Positions 13,336 to 26,487 of a DNA stretch of 43,961 nucleotides are shown in pieces; within the stretch, counting starts at the first letter, position 1, and each line of letters opens with the position of its first letter. A program made the position numbers and the translations under genes. Below the pieces are notes generated by a model. The model was not told where the DNA came from, searched no databases, and saw only the letters and a list, made by a program, of their open reading frames with translations. This stretch comes from Octopus bimaculoides (lineage: Eukaryota), in NCBI RefSeq assembly GCF_001194135.2, contig NC_068987.1, positions 99,275,391-99,319,351 of the forward strand, read 5' to 3'.

Positions 13336-14629
13336 TTGGCTCTGTTTATTTATTTGTGTATGTGTAAACATACATATGCTATACATACACGTATATACAC
13401 ACACAAGGACACATACATGTGCACATGTACACACACATAGGCGTAGTCCATACTAAATAATAAGCTGAAGCATAAGAGTAAAGTATTTAATGGTACCATC
13501 ACTCCGATGGTTTAACATTTACAGTGTATATCTTTGGCATTTAATTCCTGCTTCTTCTTTAAATTGCTTTAACATGTTACATAAACATTTCCCTCAAATC
13601 TGTGCAACCGATTTTGGTCAGCCATAAGACAACAGCAATAAAAACAATGAGATGATTCAGAAAAAGAGCTTGCATCAGAGAATGGTAAGTTTAAAAGCGA
13701 TGAACCAAACTGAGTGCATATTAACTTCTGGAAGACACACTATGTTTGATCGTATTAGAGAGATAAGATTAGCTAGGGGCTTGAAAACTCACGAATCAAA
13801 TTGCCTTGGTTATGACAGAGCAAATGGAAAGGAGAGTGAATACATTTTCTATCACCTGAGATGAGCTTTTACAAACATATCACAGAGCTGTATCTTTGTA
13901 ACCACCGCGTGCCTGCCTCAATACAACTAGCACTGAATGATCATTAAATAATTCACAAAACAATTTAGTCATTACGACCAATAATATGCTATTACATTTC
14001 ATTTCCCACTATGTGATAATATTACTAGGAATAACATTTTGTACGATCATCTGTGAAATGTTTCGTTACAACTAAGATTTAGCTCAATCATTGAGACAAT
14101 AAAAAGGGAACAAATAACTATCAAATATCGCTGTAATTACAACCATGGCCATACTATTTAATTGAAACCGACACTGCAATGTCTTTATAGACACGATCGA
14201 AATATCATTACAAACGGTAATTATCTGTGTCATTATCATGCGTTGGTAGTTTCGTGGCAATCGCTATTGTATTGTTTCACTACACCCATTACTAAGCTTC
14301 TTTACACCAATCTCTTAAATGTTTTAATACATCCAGCATGCTGCTGAGCTTCGCTATTCTAACCACTAAATCGAAGCCATCGCAAACGCGTTATAGCTAA
14401 ATCATTACAAATACTAAAATATGTGACCAAATAACAATTGCTGGCATATAAATTCAACCACCACTGAGCCTTTTTATTACAACTAATTCAATCTCGCTTT
14501 TCCTTGTTTTATAACGGGCACTTTTTTGCAAAAAATGCAATCACCAGTTACATATGTATATAAAGTTAAAATTATAAATGGATGTCGATATAACGCAAGC
14601 ACGCACTCGCGGACCCTTATGAATGTATG

Positions 14630-14635
14630 TCTCTC

Positions 14636-14690
<55 letters not shown>

Positions 14691-14693
14691 CTA

Positions 14694-14730
<37 letters not shown>
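14630..14730. repeat. Compound (CT)n(CTAT)n(AT)n microsatellite
   Basis: Seen directly. Confidence 0.95.
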
Positions 14731-14732
<2 letters not shown>

Positions 14733-15547
14733 CATACAATAACAGATATCCGACTGTGGGTGTTTATTTTTCTTCTGATACTAATGATATTTTCATTAAC
14801 TGCAAGACTGGATATGAAAAGAACAAAATTATTGACTGAATGTTAAAAGGAACACTCATAAATATTATATTTCTCTACATTTACAATCAGATATCGTATA
14901 AAATATCCACTGCAGAACTACAAAATATGTAATCAAGAAGAATGTGAAACAGATATAAATCTAACGTGAACAAAATAACAAACGTCGTAGGCTTTCAAGG
15001 AAACTGAGAATAACATAAAAGGTATCTGTGAAAAAAAGATGTATTTGATAGACAGCGATTAAGAAAAAATATGGCAAATTGTAAATCAAAGTTAATGAAT
15101 TAGTAAAAAATAAAATAATATATCTGCCGAAAAACCTACCCGATTCAAGAATCTGAAAGTGCCAATGAATAATATATCAGCGATTAGCACGGATCGCTCA
15201 TGGGCGTGTGTTTTATAAAAAAGATAACGTGAAATATATTTCACCAACACTCAATATATTTTTTAAACATGGTCAGAAAAATACTTTGATTCAAATCATA
15301 TGTCGTGAAAACGTATATGTCATACACACTTGATAGTGAAATCTAATCGTACACAACTGTATGCAAGTGATGCAGGTTTCATACACTGAAAACTATACTG
15401 CGCAGTCCAGGTGGGGCTTTAATTAATTTTATCTCTGGCAAAATGATCAACAATAGTTATCGGTACCTAGGTAAATATTAAATTCAGAAACCAAACTGTG
15501 GGATTAGATAGCACAAATGCACTCATATGATGCTGTCTCAGTTTCGT

Positions 15548-15640
15548 ATTTTATATTCTATCCTCCGAAGACGAAAAGTCAAGTTGATCTCCAGGAATAC
15601 ATATTTCAGAAAACCAGAGACGATACCACAAAGAGTTAAC
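15548..15640 (-). mobile_element. Highly degenerate copy of the tRNA-derived SINE seen at 24490
   Basis: tattttat...ccgaagacgaaaagtcaagttgatctccaggaat...tcagaa aligns loosely to ccggagggatgaaaggcaaagtcgacct...gaactcagaa of the 24490 copy. Confidence 0.35.
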
Positions 15641-16784
15641 AACTTTGGCGTCTGTTCAAGTACAATTATCGAATAAACGTAACACGTCAACAAAATGCTT
15701 AGCTGCTTTTTGCCGAAGTTAAATATAGTTAATGTTTTTTTTTTCTTTTTTTCGTTATTGTTCTAATCGTATATTAAATTAGTGGAAAAAATTATTAGCA
15801 ATTAATTAACAAATCTAATGTAATTAATTCGTTGTATTGTGAGATGTGGATCTGAACAATGAATAGTATTTGTAATGGACGAGAGGACATTCACACGCAC
15901 AATAATGCACGCACTGACATACTCCCACACACACAACCACGTATATACTAATCAGTACGGCACATGCAGCGACAGATCCCATGTATAAACCTGCAGAAAA
16001 ACGCAGTCACACGTACATACAATCAAACATATACAGCTACTACACGTGCACTTAAATAATACGAAGTAGCACAATACAATATTAGTAGGAACAGCATCAT
16101 AATTCATAAGCAATTAACACAGGAAACATCACCAGCACAACCGCTATGAAAACAAAGAACACCAGACACCACATTGGTGATATCACCATAACAATTGCTA
16201 CAAAATCGACAACACTAAAAATCTAGTACATACATGACCAGCATTACCGCTACAGCTATCGTTAGGGATGGGTAGATAGAGTTTGGGTGTTGAGTGTGTG
16301 TCATTTATTATTTTGTTACTATGTTTTCCATTCGTTTTGTAGTTAAATTTAGATTAAATTAAATGAAATTAAATATCCTTTTCTTGCATTACCTAATTAG
16401 TAGATCTCACTATTTTAACCAATACATATTGTCTTTAGATTTCTGAATATTAATGTAGGCTTACCATTGCCTTCATTCTTGATATTATTCAATAGATAAT
16501 AGGCTGCAAATTCCGCTTCTTATTTCACAAAATACAAAATCTACCACAGACGTTAACTGACATTCATGAGTTCGTACAGTAATTTATTATCCGCTTGGAA
16601 ATTATGCCCACTTCAATGTAATGGGTAAAAGTTATTTGCCGGGGGTCACTCGAAAAATAAACGATTCGTAGAGAGTACACTGGCATTCAGATGTCCTATC
16701 AGGGTCAGGTACAACATAGATATAATTGATTGAGACATGAGTAATGACGTGAGCTCTCCCACTTGAAAAAAATTGTTGTTAGTA

Positions 16785-16805
16785 CTGCTACTACTAATGC
16801 TGCTG

Positions 16806-16874
<69 letters not shown>

Positions 16875-17518
16875 GTACGACGACGACGACGACGACAACG
16901 ACGACGACGACCACCACCACCACTACTACTACTACTAATACTACTGTTGCTGCTGCTGCTGTTACTACTACTGCTGTTGCTGCTGCTACAATCGCCGCAA
17001 CTACTGCTGGTGCTGAATGCCGAACATCCACACCCTAATACTGATCGCTTTCGGCAAATACCATCAACGTAGCCAACATAATTGGCATCATGATGATCAT
17101 CACCAGCAGCAGAAGCAGCAGCAGAAGGAGCAGCAACACCATCGTGATCACCGTTATTATCATCATGACCATCGTCATTAACATCATCATCATTATCATC
17201 TTCATTAATGTCATGGCTCTAAACATGATTGCACACCGAAACTGATAATTAGTAATCAATTATTTTTCTTAATCATTGTCATCATCAACAAAACGCTCAT
17301 CGTCATGAACAAAGCCATCATCAGCATCATCATTAGGATCACCATTGCCATCAGCATCACCATCATAAGCAAAAAAGATACATCATCACTTTCGTGTTCA
17401 TTATCACAGTGGATGCCATCATGATGTTCATGGTCGTCGTATTGTTAGAATTGTCATCGTCGATGTCGCTGTGGTTATGGTCGTCGTCACCGTCGTCCTC
17501 CCCCTTCTCCACCTCCTT

Positions 17519-17557
<39 letters not shown>

Positions 17558-17620
17558 GTCATCATCATTACTGTCATATATCATCATCATTAATACTTTA
17601 AATTCCACAGCTACAACATG
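16785..17620. repeat. Mosaic trinucleotide tract (CTA/CGA/CCA/CTG/CAT/CAG units)
   Basis: Seen directly. It produces the poly-T/L/V/D/S ORFs in the track. Confidence 0.9.
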
Positions 17621-19006
17621 AATGCCCTTGAGGGAAATTACAAAAACGATAAATATTAAAAAAAAAAAAGAAAAATCAATACCCGCGGCAAACCAGCAAA
17701 ACACACCACTTCCAAGGTTATATATGATTTCGTAAACATCTCCATCTCTGCATCAATATACACCGTCCTCGCCATTTTACGCCACCACCATACATTCATA
17801 ATAAAACGCGCCAACATCGACCCGAATCAACATTATCTCGGGTCAAATTATTCTCCAAAAGGGCAATTAGCTTTAATTAGAAAAAGTCAATCATGTAAGA
17901 TACTCCGATCCAATAACAGGAAGTTAAATGAACAACTCCCTCACCATTGTCACCACCATCACCAGTAATAACAACAACATCAAGAACAACATGAATAACA
18001 GCAGCAGCAAAAGAAATAAGCGAATCAACAGCAGCAATAAATAAATTCCTTATGTCATTACATCGATTTGTTTACTAGATTACTTAATTCCATTCATCAT
18101 GGTTAATAACCTTAAATATATTTCTTTACGCAAGACAATATTACCACCAGCCAAATAATAATATCCTACAACATCATTTTTTGGGGTGTTTTATTTTTTA
18201 ATCAGGAACGAATAAATCAGTCGTTTCGAACATGAAATTCCTTTTCTTCGGTTTGGACACCCACTTATCAGAAACTACAAGTATGCCATAAATCTTAACG
18301 TGAAATAATATGTTGCACATCGATACTAGCAGCCATTCAGTTAACTGAGATTTCAATGACAGTCTCAATGAAGTGAATGGTAACTCTAGATAGCGTAATT
18401 CAAGTGATTTAACGTGCATCATGCTTCTCTGTTACGTTACAGGTCAGTGTATGAACCAAAGTTTGTCATGGACTGCGCACAGAGTTTATCGTCTAGCAAC
18501 ATACACCTGCTATAGGTCTTCTATAGTAATTTGTGTGTTATCTCATATCACTTCCACTGGCGTCATAACCGATTCATTTTCACTCTTGTTATTGCAAGCA
18601 ATATAGTAATTCTGTAGTAGATGCTTTGCAGCATAACGTGTTGCTAGTGGGGAAACGTTCAGGTAAGTTTTCAGAATGACTCCAGTTTCGGAAATAGGAG
18701 AGGAAAAGAGCGAGAGAGATGGAGAGAGAGGTGGAGAAAGATAATGAATGTCTATTTAATGCACTCTTTAATTTATTGCTTTCTTTAGGAGAATCTCCAC
18801 GAATTCAAAGGGATTTATGGTTTCATCCAAAACGGGGACGAACAGCATTCCTCCATTTGCCAGGGTTGAAAAATTCTTAAAATATTAAGATCTTTTCTAT
18901 TTTTCTTAAAATGAAAACAATGCTAGCTTTAATACACAAATAAAGAAATTCTATCCACCAATGCAGTGTTCAACACGTATTTTCATCTTTCTCTCTTTCT
19001 ATCCCC

Positions 19007-19043
<37 letters not shown>

Positions 19044-19255
19044 NNNNNNNNNNNNNNNNNNNNNNNNNNNNNNNNNNNNNNNNNNNNNNNNNNNNNNNNN
19101 NNNNNNNNNNNNNNNNNNNNNNNNNNNNNNNNNNNNNNNNNNNNNNNNNNNNNNNNNNNNNNNNNNNNNNNNNNNNNNNNNNNNNNNNNNNNNNNNNNNN
19201 NNNNNNNNNNNNNNNNNNNNNNNNNNNNNNNNNNNNNNNNNNNNNNNNNNNNNNN
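19044..19255. other. Assembly gap (N)
   Basis: Run of N. Confidence 1.
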
Positions 19256-19699
19256 TATATATATATATATATGTACAACTTACACAAAGTACAAACGGCA
19301 GAGGAAATTCAAGGGGTGGAAGTTTATCAGCTGTTACTGGGGAGCTCGAGGATCTACGATAATATTTGTAGATGTAGTTCATCACAATACGTGACCATAC
19401 GGATAAAACTTAAGATAAGACGGACCTCCATCATCAGTATAGAGAAGATCTTCTATTTCAGATCTTAATGCAGAGACGTTCTCTGCATCGTACCTTTCTC
19501 AGCAAAACACCTTTCTTTCACCCCATTAATTTTATCTGGCGTTAATTCTCTGTGTTCAACCAATTAATATAGACATTGTGGTGGAAGGAGTCTGACCAAC
19601 ACTCAAGTGACAAAAGGTTTGACTGTCTCATTCTTATGAAATAAAGAGCTATGCACGTTTGGCAGTTCGTGTTGCTATCAGTCTACGGTCAACCGTTGA

Positions 19700-22030
19700 C
19701 ATAAAGTTGAAGAGAAAGATTAATCTCAGATTCAGGCATGTAGACCGGTGACGAATAAGAAAATAGAAAACAAAATTATCAAGATCGAATCCATGTTACG
19801 GTGGTCTACATTTTAAAAATAACTGTCCCTTTAAAAATACAAAATGCTACAAGCTGGTGAAATAGGCCATAAAAACTCACATTTTAGGACAGAACCTAAA
19901 ATAGGATTGAACAGAAAAACAATCATGTAAAAGGATTATTGCAGACAAAAATACAAATGAGCCTCAAAGAAAATTTGTGTTTGTAAAAATTAATGATACA
20001 AACGTAAAGTTATAATTGGATATAAGCAGCGAACATCTCAATTATTGACACAGATACATGGAAAAAGATCGGGAAACCTAAATCAAATGGAACATGGAAA
20101 CTTGCACCTGGTGTTTCAAGAAAAAAAGTTTCGTGAAAAACCTTAAAGGCAAAAGTTTTTGTGTTAAATAGTACAGCAATTTTGTTCGGTACTGACGGAA
20201 TGGAATTGACTTTTCAATAAAAATGTAAGTGATTTTTCCTACAGCATAAATAGGTCGCCAGACGAATTGTAAAAAAAAAAAAAGTTTTTAATATTTTTCC
20301 TGGAGTTCTGTCCGATAAATTAGGTTTGTGTACTGAAACGAAGGCATGGTTTCCAGTGCAAGGAAACGCTATACCGACATTTAAACAAAGTCGAACGGTA
20401 CCGTTCGAGGCATTTCATCAGATAAACTTAGTGTTATAGAAAGTAGGAATAAATTGCAGTTATTTTGAATGGGTAGTACCGACTGTGTACAATAAGAAAA
20501 ACAATAATAAAATCAGAGTGTGTGCTTATTTTTCCACTGTTTTAAACGAATGTCTTTAAAACGTGCCACTAACCGCTACCTACTTTGGAGGTTGCGAAAT
20601 TAAACGGTGGCAAGATATTTTCTAAATTTGATCTCTCTGATGCATAGCTATAAATCAAAGTAGACGATGAATGTTCTAAATACTTAAGAATTAACACATA
20701 AATTACTGTATAAATACACGTTACCATTTCGATTAAAAGTCGCTGCAGCGAATTTTCAAGGAGATTTTGGATGCAATGTTAGCGGACGACTGAGAACACG
20801 AAATTTCATATTTAGATGATATACACATTAAAAGCTAATCCAAGGATCAACACGTTCAGTACGCAAAATATGTATACGAAAAATTTAGGAATTACGGTTT
20901 TGCTTTGAGTGAAGAAAAGTGTGAAATTTTCTTACCGAAAATACGATATTTAGATAGGATATCATTGACAGAAATAGACATCAACCAAACACGTCGGGGG
21001 CAAACAAAAATATTCCCCCTCCGTCTAATATAGCGACCTTACAAGCATTACAACTTTTGATGCTCCATTTGATTTAGGTTTCTCGATTTTTTTTCCATGT
21101 GTCTGCGTTGATCATTGAGATGTTCGCCGCTTATATGCAATTGTAACTTTACGTTTGTGTTGTTAATTTTTACATATACAAATTTTCATTGAGGTTCTTT
21201 TGTATTTTTGTCTGCGATAATCCATTTACGTGATTTTTGCGGACTGGCAAATTATTACTAAAATTATATTCCAAATATGCATTCGGTGAGGGCCCCAGTG
21301 GAAAAAGATATGACAAAAGATGGAATTGACTGGAAAATTTTCAGAAGGCGTTGGACGAAATTAAAAAGAAATATAGTAATATCTGATTTGACGTTAACAC
21401 ACTCCGATCCTGCAGCAGAGATTTCATCTCCATCTGAGTACATTAGAGGAGCAGTAATGCTACATATATATAATGATGGTAACATGAAGGCGTTGTTTTA
21501 TACCTCCCGTTCTCTGATATCAGCAGAGAAAAAATATAGTCAAATCTAAAAAGATCCTCTAGCGTTCATTTTTGCCGTAAATAAATTACACAGATGTTTG
21601 CACGGTAGACATTTTCGTCAAGAGACTGATTAACGTCTGTTATTATTGATACATGATACTTAGGTCAGATTCGTTTTTGATAATTTGATACCTGCTGAAA
21701 AAAAAAAGGTCAACAAAAATACTTAAAATTGCACAAGTTAGGTGATAAAGTTTTTTTTTTATTTTACCTATAGATACGCTAAAGAAATCTGGGTGGACGG
21801 TGTGATAATTAAACAACAAAAGACATATTAACTTGCTTAAGAAAAAAAAAACAGTCCCGCAAAATGAAATCGTTATGAAAGTACTGTGCGACGAAATGAA
21901 ATGCCTATGGTACCTCACTGAAATCACTGGTAACTCAAACGGCACGTTTGAGGTACCAGCATCACCAAAATTTGAAACTACACTTTCTAGTACTCGAAAT
22001 TGGAAAAGAATGAAAAACCTGGACTTAGAG
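19700..22030 (+). pseudogene. Ty3/gypsy LTR-retrotransposon remnant A (gag knuckle-protease-RT-RNase H, integrase core deleted, pol C-terminus)
   Basis: Frameshifted translations: PCYGGLHFKNNCPFKNTKCYK..GEIGHK (Gag CCHC, about 19791); VKINDTNVKL*LDISS (protease, about 20016); KLNGGKIFSKFDLSDA, LPFRLKVAAANFQ and YLDD (20809-20820; RT); SDLTLTHSDP...GAVMLH...YTSRSLISAEKKYSQI (RNase H, ORF 21277-21549). Then a jump to FDNLIPAEKKK...GDKVFF...KEIWVDGVIIK (post-integrase region). Confidence 0.9.
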
Positions 22031-22044
22031 AATTTTGAAGTAAT

Positions 22045-23290
22045 TTCGTTATTCGTCGTTTTTTTCTAATTTCACTTAGTATCAGTATATGAAAGGCGGA
22101 TCCGATTTCTCTATCAAACACCAATTCAGGAGATGACATACTCGACTGGGTATTCGGATTAGGTTTTACTCGGTATACTCTTCGAAATTGTTGAAATGCA
22201 AAGTTGTCCGTTACTCTATTGTTCGCTTTTTCAACGCCCTCCGCTAGTTTAATAGACCTAGGATGATTGGCGGATGGGTGATATGTTTGATAACGCACAT
22301 TTCACAAAATTGTCTCTGTTGAATTCCATTTCAGACACAACGGTATCAGGAATATCATAACTTAAGCACAATTCGTGTAAAAATTTATTTTAACAGCAGA
22401 TGTAGGCTTTTTACACTTATGCACTTCAGGCCACTCTGAAAAATTATCCGCCACAACAAGACAATATGAACGCATAAGTGAACCTGCGTAATCAACATGC
22501 AGTCTGGGCCAAGGAATATCTGTTTTTGGCCACGGTTACTATTTAGTGGTAGGTGCTGGTGCAGCTACGTTACACTCTCAGCAGGCTTTCTTGAATTCCC
22601 CGGTCCATTGTTGGCCAATATACATAACTTCTCATTAACAATTTCATTCTCGAAATTCCTTGGTGACCAATGTGAATTTCCTTTAGTAATCGCTTCTGTT
22701 GTGTGGTTGGCACTACAGCTCTTTGTGTGTACATCAACAAATTGTCATACACTGAGAATGGGTTCGAATTTGTGTTGCGCATATTTCTATCTATTTTTGC
22801 TTTCAGCATTTGCTTCGCCTCAGCTTTTTAATGAATTTATCGTTCTAAGATTTTAATTTTATGTCTTGCGATGTGACTGGCAGTTCAGGAATGACTTTAC
22901 ACAAAACATTTTCAGTTTCATTTTCCGCTCACAACGCAGCAACCACGATGTCGTCAAATGGTTCTGCATTTCTCGAATACAGCCTTGACAAACAATCAAC
23001 GTGTACTTGATCTCTTGGCTGGCACATACGCCATCTTGATATCATTGTCTAATAACATAATGCCTCAACTTTATACCCTATTAGCGGTATGGATAGGAAG
23101 TGCTTTCTTCGACGTTTTTAATAGATAATAACGGACGATGATCAAGTATATCGTCGAAAACTTATAATGTGAATTTTTTATGGCATAAATGATCACTCTG
23201 ATATTCGACAACGTGAGGCATGAACCACCACCATCTTGTTATGTAATATGACTGCTCCTATACCTTGCGTCAAGCATTAATCACATCAAG
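22045..23290 (-). pseudogene. Ty3/gypsy remnant B (RNase H end, linker, integrase), convergent with A
   Basis: Minus strand: AVILH...DHRPLLSI (RNase H end), LPIHTANR, VDCLSRL, HIGHQGISRMKLLMRSYVYWP (integrase Zn-binding region, ORF 22570-22809), LVVADNFSEWPEV, YHPSANHPRSIKLAE...FRRVYRVKPNP...SPELVFDREIGS (integrase core, ORF 21987-22298). Confidence 0.9.
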
Positions 23291-24489
23291 AAAACAGCTT
23301 TCTTCTGGTATCTTCGCCTTCATCCTTTCTTTTCTACAGATATTGACACGCAAACAGTTGAACGGATCATTTATGGCATTAAACTTATATCTCTTCGAGT
23401 ACATGCAGTTTTCTCTTGGTCCATATTCAGTAAAAAACATTCTTCCATATTATATAGATAATTATCTTCACATCATGTAAATAATAATATCATTGTCGTC
23501 ATGCTTACCATTTCTACAATGGACAATGCTTTGATAAGAAAATGCGTCATAGATCGATGACATTTTCTGATAGCTCATTATGATGAATATGACATACTCA
23601 ATCATAGCTCCACAGAGACTGCAGATTTTCGCATCTATGTGTTTCAACCGCTTCCGTATCTCTTTTCCTTATCATGTAATTCCTTGTTTTTTCATTGTTT
23701 CTGTATTGTCAGGATGTTCAATTCTTAACTAAATGTATTTTGTTTCTTAGGTTTATGTCTAATTTACTTATGTATGTTATTGTCATTTTGAAGTTTGCTG
23801 GAAATATAGCAATGCTACATCATCGCTTGATACCTCATATGGGTTTTCATCGCCTGAACTACACCTCTGTGTACCTTCTCTGTGCGGCTCTCTGTACACC
23901 TTCTCTAGGTGAGTATACTTGTTCAGCATTCAAAAACAATTTTCCAGATTTATTTCCAACCCTTATGATTTAAAAAAAACCCTTAATCTATGCAGGTATT
24001 ATTCATGCGTGAATATTGACATTCATGTGTTATTTGAAGAATTAAATAATGTGGTGTTTAAAGGCTTCCTGAATCGGTATAAGCGCCTGGTTCATTGCTC
24101 GTATTTTGGATAAATGTGAAGATTTATAATGTAAAGTAATAGTTTACGGCATTTTAAACTTAATGGACCGGATCCCATTTTTTGGTCCACACGAGTAGCC
24201 AAGATGATCGCACAAATGCAGATCCAGTAATCAAGACATACGCTAGTAATTGATTATGTAAATGTGTATGCTTGCATGTCTTAATGGCGAAGGTGAGGAA
24301 ACGTGATGATGATAATGATATTTGTAGCAGTGATAGTGGTGGTGATGTTTATAAAACATTAAAAACCGCAAAACGATCACGACGAGAACGGCGACAAAGA
24401 TGATGATGATAATGAGCATGATGATGAAGATAATAATACTACTAATAATAATAATAATAATAACAACAACAATAATAATATTAATAATA

Positions 24490-24695
24490 ACGGTTTCAAA
24501 TTTTGTCACAAAGGCAGCCATTTTGGGGGAGGGGACTAGTCGATTACATCGACCCCAGTGCGTAAATTTATCGACCCCGGAGGGATGAAAGGCAAAGTCG
24601 ACCTAAGAAGAATTTGAACTCAGAACGTAGTGGCACACGAAACACCGCTAAGTATTTTGCTCGTAGTGCTAACGATTCTGCCAGCTCGCCGCCTG
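24490..24695 (-). mobile_element. tRNA-derived SINE (octopus-type), best-preserved copy in the window
   Basis: Minus strand reads ggcggcgagctggcagaatcgttagc (A-box-like)...gagttcaaattc (B-box)...aggtcgactttgcctttcatccctccggggtcgataaa...gggtcgatgtaatcgactagtcc, followed by an (ATT)n tail. At least seven related copies occur in the window. Confidence 0.85.
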
Positions 24696-24705
24696 AATGA
24701 TGATG

Positions 24706-24751
<46 letters not shown>

Positions 24752-25098
24752 TAATAATAATAATAATAATATCCACAATTAATAATAATAATAATAATAA
24801 TAATAGTAATAATGATGATAATAATAATAATAGTATCCACAATTAATAATAATAATAACAACAACAACAACACCAATAATAATAATAATAATAATAATAG
24901 TAATAATAATAATAATTATTATTATTGTCATTATTATAATTACTATTATCATTACTATTATTATTTTTATTATTACTACTACTACTACTACTACTATTAT
25001 TATCATTATTATTATTATTATTATTATTATTGTCATTATTATAATTACTATTATCATTACTATTATTATTTTTATTATTACTACTACTACTATTATTA

Positions 25099-25155
<57 letters not shown>
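24696..25155. repeat. (AAT)n then (ATT)n tract with a 105-bp higher-order duplication
   Basis: Polarity switches at about 24915. The variant string tgtcattattataattactattatcattactattattatttttattattactact recurs at 24926 and 25031. Confidence 0.9.
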
Positions 25156-25156
<1 letters not shown>

Positions 25157-25822
25157 ATGCAAGAAGCCCAGAAATAGCATCAGTATGATTAAGAACGATG
25201 CAATAGCAACAGCAGACACAGGTAAAAAAGAAATAATCTACAACGAATATAGCAAAGACTAAAACACAGATAAAATCCGCTTCAATATTAATAACTGCAC
25301 AGCCGCCAGAAATTTATCTTCATTGTCGCCAGAAAGCTTTTAGGATCAGGATTTACACGTAAGCATAAAAAAAATGTTAGCATGTTGATGTTCAGATGAT
25401 GTAGTAAATTGTTTTGTAATAAATGAAAAATAAAAGAAGGGTTATCTACAGAATCGTAATTGATTATTCAGTGGTTAGTGTTCACATTCATGTAAAAATG
25501 AGACAAAGTAATCTAAGCAAAAAAAAAATAAAAATTGTAGAAATGTAGAAAGGAAAGTAATAAACAAGAGCGTGAGTGAATTTAGACAAACGGATAATGT
25601 AATGTGCAATTGTTTGACATGGAGAATGTCATTTCAGACGATATTTGTTTCATATGTTTAAGGATGTGCTTGCATGTAAGCATGAACGCTAACTCAAGCA
25701 CACACACATATACACACAAACGCAGAGATAGACAGACAGACAGACACACATATATACACCCAAGCAGAATCATACGCATATAGATAGAGCGATCAATCAC
25801 TAGACAGAGAAAAGGCAGGCAC

Positions 25823-25859
25823 ACAAACATACAGATAGATAGATAGATAGATAGGTAGG

Positions 25860-25903
<44 letters not shown>

Positions 25904-25961
25904 AAGATAGCTAGCTAGCTAAATAGATATATAGGTAGATAGATAGATAAATAGATAGATA
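25823..25961. repeat. (GATA)n microsatellite
   Basis: Seen directly. Confidence 0.95.
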
Positions 25962-26030
25962 CATTTCTTTATTAGCCACACAGGGCTCAACAAAGATGGG
26001 ACGAATACAATGTATAGCTTTTCTATGTAT

Positions 26031-26208
26031 NNNNNNNNNNNNNNNNNNNNNNNNNNNNNNNNNNNNNNNNNNNNNNNNNNNNNNNNNNNNNNNNNNNNNN
26101 NNNNNNNNNNNNNNNNNNNNNNNNNNNNNNNNNNNNNNNNNNNNNNNNNNNNNNNNNNNNNNNNNNNNNNNNNNNNNNNNNNNNNNNNNNNNNNNNNNNN
26201 NNNNNNNN
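26031..26208. other. Assembly gap (N)
   Basis: Run of N. Confidence 1.
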
Positions 26209-26389
26209 ATATATATATGTATGTATCTATAGATAGATAGATAGATAGACTAATAGGTAGAATATGTTAACAATTGATACGGAAAGGACAATTACATAAG
26301 AATACTACTCAGTAGGTGGCAATAAATTTATATAGGAGAGATATGGAAAATTTGTGTCCGTTTCTGTGCCACTATTTTAAGTACGAGCA

Positions 26390-26487
26390 TATGTATGTAC
26401 GTATGTATGTATGTATGTATGTATGTATGCATGCATGCATGTATGTATGTATGTATATATGCATGTATGTATGTATGTATGTATGTA
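26390..26487. repeat. (TATG)n microsatellite
   Basis: Seen directly. Confidence 0.9.

Noticed and set aside
16705-17704. Poly-T/L/V/D/S ORFs
   Set aside because: They are translations of triplet repeats open in several frames, with no supporting splice or domain evidence.
19443-19488. 12-bp palindrome and 9-bp-stem hairpin upstream of the gypsy remnant
   Set aside because: No CTRR Helitron end or other context. Compatible with chance.
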